A DNA stretch of 64,000 nt from assembly GCA_016721005.1 (NCBI GenBank), contig JADKJM010000007.1, positions 24,571 to 88,570 on the forward strand. The letters run 5' to 3'. The notes under the pieces are model-generated. The model made no database searches. It was not told the DNA's origin and saw only the letters and a list, made by a program, of their open reading frames with translations. The DNA comes from Flavobacteriales bacterium. Its GTDB lineage: Bacteria; Bacteroidota; Bacteroidia; Flavobacteriales_F; PHOS-HE28. The position numbers and the translations under genes were made by a program. Numbering within the stretch: the stretch's first letter is position 1; the number at the start of each line of letters is the position of its first letter. Shown here piece by piece: positions 59,734-64,000 of this stretch.

Positions 59734-60689
59734 GCGCGCGCGTTACGGATCCGTGCCATCAACAGGATCAAGCTACCGATCAACGCCGGCAGTGCGATAT
59801 TGATCACCCATAGTGCCGTGGAGGCGAGGAAGACGCCCTTGTCCTGGGCAAGATGGGGGGAGATCAAAGCGACGGCGATGGTGCCACGTACACCCAACTC
59901 GGTAAGCATGACCGTGGGGATCAACGTGGAGAACAGGAAGGCGACGGGGATCGCGAAGAGCGAGTCGAGGACGGGAACGTCCGCCATGACCACCAGGATG
60001 ATCATGAACTGGATCGCGAACACGACATACCGCAGGGTGCTGTACAACAAGACCCTGAACAGCACATCGACACCCATGCGATCAAGCGCGGCGGCATGTC
60101 TTTCCCAACGACGAACGATCGGGATCCGCGCGATCACCTTGTGTAACAAGTCCGGATTGAAGTAGAGCAAGAGGCTTGCAACGGCGACCAATGCGCATAG
60201 GGCGATCCAGGCCACGCCCAATGGATCGACGGCCTCCGATCGAGCAGTGATGATAAGGGCGATCAACCCCAGCGTTCCCATGACGACCGTGACCACGAAC
60301 TGCGCGATGCTGCCCACGGCAGTAGCGAAGCTTGCCGGGATCCGGTTCTCCGGTGCGAGGAACAGCACGCGGCCTACGAATTCCCCTACCCGGTTCGGGG
60401 TGATCATCCCGATGCTCGTACCAGCGATCGTCGCGACGAACGCTTTGCCGATGGAGATCCGCTCCACATCGCGCATCAACAGGCGCCACTTCGCTGCTTC
60501 CAAACCCCAGTTGAGCAGGGTAAGCACCAGAACACCCGATAGCGTAGCCAACAACAAGGCTTGATCCCGATCAGACAATACCTCAGCGAAGCCTTGCGCA
60601 TCCCCATGGGTGCTCAAGCGCAAATACAGGAAACCGGAGGCCAAGAGGAACACGGTCCAACGGATGATCAGGATCGTGCGGCGGCTCAC
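59730..60689 (-). CDS. Lysylphosphatidylglycerol synthase TM / flippase-like membrane protein
   Basis: NWGLEAAKW, TPNRVGEFVGR, ELGVRG; multiple TM segments. Confidence 0.85.
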   Translation of the reverse strand: MSRRTILIIRWTVFLLASGFLYLRLSTHGDAQGFAEVLSDRDQALLLATLSGVLVLTLLNWGLEAAKWRLLMRDVERISIGKAFVATIAGTSIGMITPNRVGEFVGRVLFLAPENRIPASFATAVGSIAQFVVTVVMGTLGLIALIITARSEAVDPLGVAWIALCALVAVASLLLYFNPDLLHKVIARIPIVRRWERHAAALDRMGVDVLFRVLLYSTLRYVVFAIQFMIILVVMADVPVLDSLFAIPVAFLFSTLIPTVMLTELGVRGTIAVALISPHLAQDKGVFLASTALWVINIALPALIGSLILLMARIRNARA

Positions 60690-60745
60690 GGTACTTTCGT
60701 GCTCTCTGGTTGAAGACGATCAAAAGTAGAGCAGTGGCCATCCCC

Positions 60746-61315
60746 ATGGAGCGCATCATCCTCGGCATCGACCCCGGCACCACGGTGATGGGCTACGGCG
60801 TGCTGGTGGTGGAAGGCAGCGGAGTGCGGTTGTTGGATGCCGGTGCGATCCGCTTTGCAGCCGATGCCGATCACACGGCGAAACTCCATGCGATCTTCCG
60901 CGAAACGTCCCGGATCATCGGTCTGCATCGGCCAATGGAACTGGCGATCGAGGCGCAGTTCTTCGGCAAGAACGTGCAGAGCATGTTGAAGCTGGGTCGT
61001 GCGCAAGGCGTGGCCATCGCTGCTGCGCTTCACCATGACCTGACCGTGGCGGAATACGCGCCAAGGCGCGTGAAGCAGAGCATTACCGGGAACGGTAACG
61101 CAAGCAAGGAACAGGTGGCTGCCATGCTGTTGAGCATCCTGAAGATCGCGGAACTGCCGACCAGCACCGATGCGACCGATGCGGTGGCTGTTGCCGTTTG
61201 TCATCATTTCGGAGCGACAGGTCGTGTGACGATCTCATCCGTCGGAAAGGGTCGGAAGAGTGTGTCCGGATGGTCAGGGTTCGTTCGCAACAACCCCGAT
61301 CGGGTCAAGCGCTGA
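60746..61315 (+). CDS. ruvC: Holliday junction resolvase
   Basis: ILGIDPGT..MGYG, AIEAQFF.KN.QS.LKLGRAQG, DATDAVAVA.CH. Confidence 0.96.
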   Translation: MERIILGIDPGTTVMGYGVLVVEGSGVRLLDAGAIRFAADADHTAKLHAIFRETSRIIGLHRPMELAIEAQFFGKNVQSMLKLGRAQGVAIAAALHHDLTVAEYAPRRVKQSITGNGNASKEQVAAMLLSILKIAELPTSTDATDAVAVAVCHHFGATGRVTISSVGKGRKSVSGWSGFVRNNPDRVKR

Positions 61316-61319
61316 ACGA

Positions 61320-61709
61320 TCAAGCGTTGCGGATCCGATCAGCGATGGCGGCCAACTCCTCTGCGGACAATTTCAATTTCGGACGTGCGAAGTCCATGTC
61401 GCTCATCCGATCGATCGGGATGAGGTGTACATGTGCGTGCGGCACTTCCAAGCCGATCACACACACACCCACACGATCACAGGGTACCACCTTGCGGATC
61501 TTCCTGGCAACCTCTTGGGCGAACAACATGATGCCCGCCAGTTGATCAGGTGGTAGATCGAAGAACACATCAACTTCCAACTTGGGCACCACGAGGGTAT
61601 GTCCTTCTCGCAGCGGGTTGATGTCCAGGAACGCGAAGTATCGATCATCCTCCGCCACCTTGTGGCAGGGGATCTCGCCCTGAATGATGCGCGTGAAGAT
61701 GCTGGCCAT
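61320..61709 (-). CDS. HIT family protein
   Basis: SIFTRII.GEIP, AFLDINP...GHTLVVPK, VPHAHVHLIP. Confidence 0.95.
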   Translation of the reverse strand: MASIFTRIIQGEIPCHKVAEDDRYFAFLDINPLREGHTLVVPKLEVDVFFDLPPDQLAGIMLFAQEVARKIRKVVPCDRVGVCVIGLEVPHAHVHLIPIDRMSDMDFARPKLKLSAEELAAIADRIRNA

Positions 61710-61711
61710 CC

Positions 61712-62185
61712 TTAGCGCGTGATCTCGATGATCTCGAAACGCGTGGTCCCGGCCGGAGTGATCACCTCTGCCACTTCGCCTCTCGCTTTACCGAGAAGCC
61801 CTTTGCCGATGGGTGAGGTCACGCTGATCTTTCCCGCACGGATATCGGCTTCGCTTTCGGCGACGATGACGAAGTCCCGTTTGCTGTCATTGTCCATGTG
61901 CCGGACCGTCACTTTGCAGTGGATGTACACCCGGCTATCATCCACTTGGCTGGTATCGATGACGCGCGCATTGGCCATCACCTTCTCCAGCTTCGCGATG
62001 CGGGCTTCCAATAGCCCTTGGTCCTCCTTGGCCGCGTGGTACTCGGCGTTCTCACTCAGGTCGCCCTTGTCACGCGCGTCGGCGATCTGCTGGCTCAGGT
62101 GCGGCCGCTCCACGGACCGCATGTGGTGCAGTTCGTCCATCAACTTCTTCAAGCCTTCCTCGGTGTAGTATGCCGGATCGCTCAT
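61712..62185 (-). CDS. greA: Transcription elongation factor GreA
   Basis: ARDKGDLSENAEYHAAKE, ISVTSPIGKGLLGK. Confidence 0.97.
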   Translation of the reverse strand: MSDPAYYTEEGLKKLMDELHHMRSVERPHLSQQIADARDKGDLSENAEYHAAKEDQGLLEARIAKLEKVMANARVIDTSQVDDSRVYIHCKVTVRHMDNDSKRDFVIVAESEADIRAGKISVTSPIGKGLLGKARGEVAEVITPAGTTRFEIIEITR

Positions 62186-62208
62186 GACGGTGGTCTTGTA
62201 TGAACAGC

Positions 62209-62236
62209 GGAAGAGGACCCCGAAAGGTCCTCTTCC
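62209..62236 (-). terminator. Hairpin terminator after the PorV-family gene
   Basis: GGAAGAGGACC-ccgaaa-GGTCCTCTTCC. Confidence 0.65.
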
Positions 62237-62254
62237 CAAAGATAAATGGCTCGA

Positions 62255-63301
62255 TCAGAAACTGAGCCGGATGCCCACGCTGTGGAAGCCGGAGAATGGA
62301 TTCGTGGTGCGGTAGCCGTAGTCAATGGCCACTGCGGATTTCTTCTCCGCACCGAACGGGAAGTCCACGCTGACCCCTGCGGAGGGACCGGTGAACCACG
62401 TCGCCCGATCATTGCCGGTGACATCCTTCTCGTAAAGGTATCCCCCACGGATGTGGACCATCTTGCGGAACGCGTATTCCACCCCGACCACACCCTGATC
62501 GCGTGTGAAGGAATTGGAAACGAATGTTCCTGCGAAGGTGATCCGGTGCGTTTCGCTGATGTTCAGGTCGTACGCGGCTCCGATGTTCAACAGTGATGGG
62601 ATCTCGAACCTGCCCGAACGCTGCTGGAGCGTGAGCTGATCGCTACCCGTGGTCAACAACCCCTGCACCGCCAGACCGTCGCCGGAGAATTGCATGGCGG
62701 GCCCGACATTCTTCAGCGAAATACCGAAGTGGATGTTATCCGTTTCGCCGGTGACGTAGTGGATGCCGGCATCGAAGCAGATCCCTTGCGTGCGCACGTT
62801 CGAGGTGGATTCCGATACCACCCGGATCAGGATACCGCCGAAGATGCTGTTCGAGAAAGCCTTCGAATAGGCGATCCCGATATTGGCCAAGCTCGGCTTG
62901 AACCCACCGCGACCACCTTCCGGGTTGTCAATGGTGGTCACCTCCAATTCGCCAAAGGACATCGTGGTGGCTGTTACCCCGAGTACGCCCGATGCGCCCA
63001 GCTTCTGCGCGAAACCAACGCTGTTCACCGACATATCCGCCGCCGGGATCCGCGTGTTGGAAAAGAGCACCTCGGTCTTGTTCACCAAGGACAGGCCCGC
63101 CACATTGCCGAACATGGCCTCGACACCACGGACGCTCGCCGTGTTGGCCAAGCCCCACCCGGAGGATCGTGCCCACGGATTGAGCAACAGTTGCGTGGCA
63201 CCCGCCGACCCGGCGCGGTCGGGGTTCCCGGCGAAGGCCAGGCTGCTGAATAGAACGGCTCCTGTGGCCAGTGCCGTCCGTATGTTCATCGATCGCTTCA
63301 T
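62255..63301 (-). CDS. PorV/PorQ-family outer-membrane protein
   Basis: GNPDRAGSAGATQLLLNPWARSSGWG, FDAGIHY, LKNVGP, IDYGYR. Confidence 0.85.
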   Translation of the reverse strand: MKRSMNIRTALATGAVLFSSLAFAGNPDRAGSAGATQLLLNPWARSSGWGLANTASVRGVEAMFGNVAGLSLVNKTEVLFSNTRIPAADMSVNSVGFAQKLGASGVLGVTATTMSFGELEVTTIDNPEGGRGGFKPSLANIGIAYSKAFSNSIFGGILIRVVSESTSNVRTQGICFDAGIHYVTGETDNIHFGISLKNVGPAMQFSGDGLAVQGLLTTGSDQLTLQQRSGRFEIPSLLNIGAAYDLNISETHRITFAGTFVSNSFTRDQGVVGVEYAFRKMVHIRGGYLYEKDVTGNDRATWFTGPSAGVSVDFPFGAEKKSAVAIDYGYRTTNPFSGFHSVGIRLSF

Positions 63302-63328
63302 GTCCGTGCTTCGGTTCGTCGGTTCGTC

Positions 63329-64000
63329 CTAGAAGTTCTGTAGGTCCAGCGGGCGCAATACCCCGAACCACTTGATCACCTTCTCTCCCACGCCCGGTAC
63401 TTCGATGTGGCAGATGTACACGCCACCCGAGATCGGGATGCTATTCGTGTTCTTCAGGTCCCAATCCAGGAAGGTGAGCGAATTGTCCTTGCGATACTTC
63501 CGCACCAGTGTACCGCTCACCGTGTAGATGGAGATGTTGCAGACCTGTGGCAGGTTGATGAACTTGACCCGGTTGTCCAAACGCGAGGTCTCGTATCCGC
63601 TGAATGCGTAGTACGGATTCGGGACGATGTTGATCTCGGGGAGGAAGTCCTCCACCGCCGCTGTTACGCCGGTGCCGGTCGCATAGCCTCCGGTACCGAA
63701 GGTGTACAAAGGCAGGCCATTGTTGCGCTCGGGCACGATCGGATCCGGAGCTCCATTGTAGTTCACATAGGACTTGTACGGCTTCGCCACATTGAGGCGG
63801 ATGCGCACATCGGTGCCCAGGAATTCGGTTCCGTAAAGGGTGATCGCACTACCCACCCAGCACAGTCCACGGAACACCTTCAAGCGGGACTGGCCGCCTG
63901 CTGGCAGGGTGTTGTAGATGTAGCTGCCCTGATCATAGAGGGGAACACGATCCGCGTTGTTGCTCTGGCGGCGGTCATTCTTGAATACGTAGATCCAGTG
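63329..64000 (-). CDS. C-terminal part of a large T9SS-type secreted protein; runs off the window end
   Basis: Frame is open to base 64000; CTD-like IVPNPYY...VKFINLP..C.ISIYTVSGTLVR...WDLKN...ISGGVYI.HI; adjacent to a PorV-like gene. Confidence 0.85.
   Translation of the reverse strand, partial: HWIYVFKNDRRQSNNADRVPLYDQGSYIYNTLPAGGQSRLKVFRGLCWVGSAITLYGTEFLGTDVRIRLNVAKPYKSYVNYNGAPDPIVPERNNGLPLYTFGTGGYATGTGVTAAVEDFLPEINIVPNPYYAFSGYETSRLDNRVKFINLPQVCNISIYTVSGTLVRKYRKDNSLTFLDWDLKNTNSIPISGGVYICHIEVPGVGEKVIKWFGVLRPLDLQNF

Overview
High-GC Bacteroidota (Flavobacteriales-like) chromosomal segment. The left flank (1-17 kb) is conserved core: gldM(partial)-gldL-gldK-porP/sprF, an arginase-fold gene, topA, miaB, a sigma-54 activator, lptE, a TPR gene, secG, groES and groEL. 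The right flank (44.8-64 kb) is mostly core: MATE, OmpA, SSS transporter, clpX-clpP-tig, tRNA-Leu(TAG), ruvC, HIT, greA, PorV family and a T9SS cargo. The middle (17-44.8 kb) is accessory. It holds an orphan Cys/His (His-Me-finger-like) gene, a Pseudomonas-type MksF-E-B condensin/Wadjet-like operon with no MksG/JetD, and a histidine kinase-three T9SS beta-propeller cargo-response regulator locus containing a collapsed duplication scar. It also holds a module of FN3 protein + 15-16 x 22-bp palindromic tandem array + XRE HTH + helical-bundle protein, an ApaLI-like type II R-M pair, and a deiodinase-fold protein lacking its catalytic Cys/Sec. Three different REP-like palindromic elements occur, one inserted in frame in miaB. 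Three gene lesions were seen: the topA/arginase junction, an in-frame TAG in a methyltransferase, and a 1-bp frameshift in a DUF3127 gene. Family assignments come from motif recognition and recall, not database searches; GC statements are by eye.
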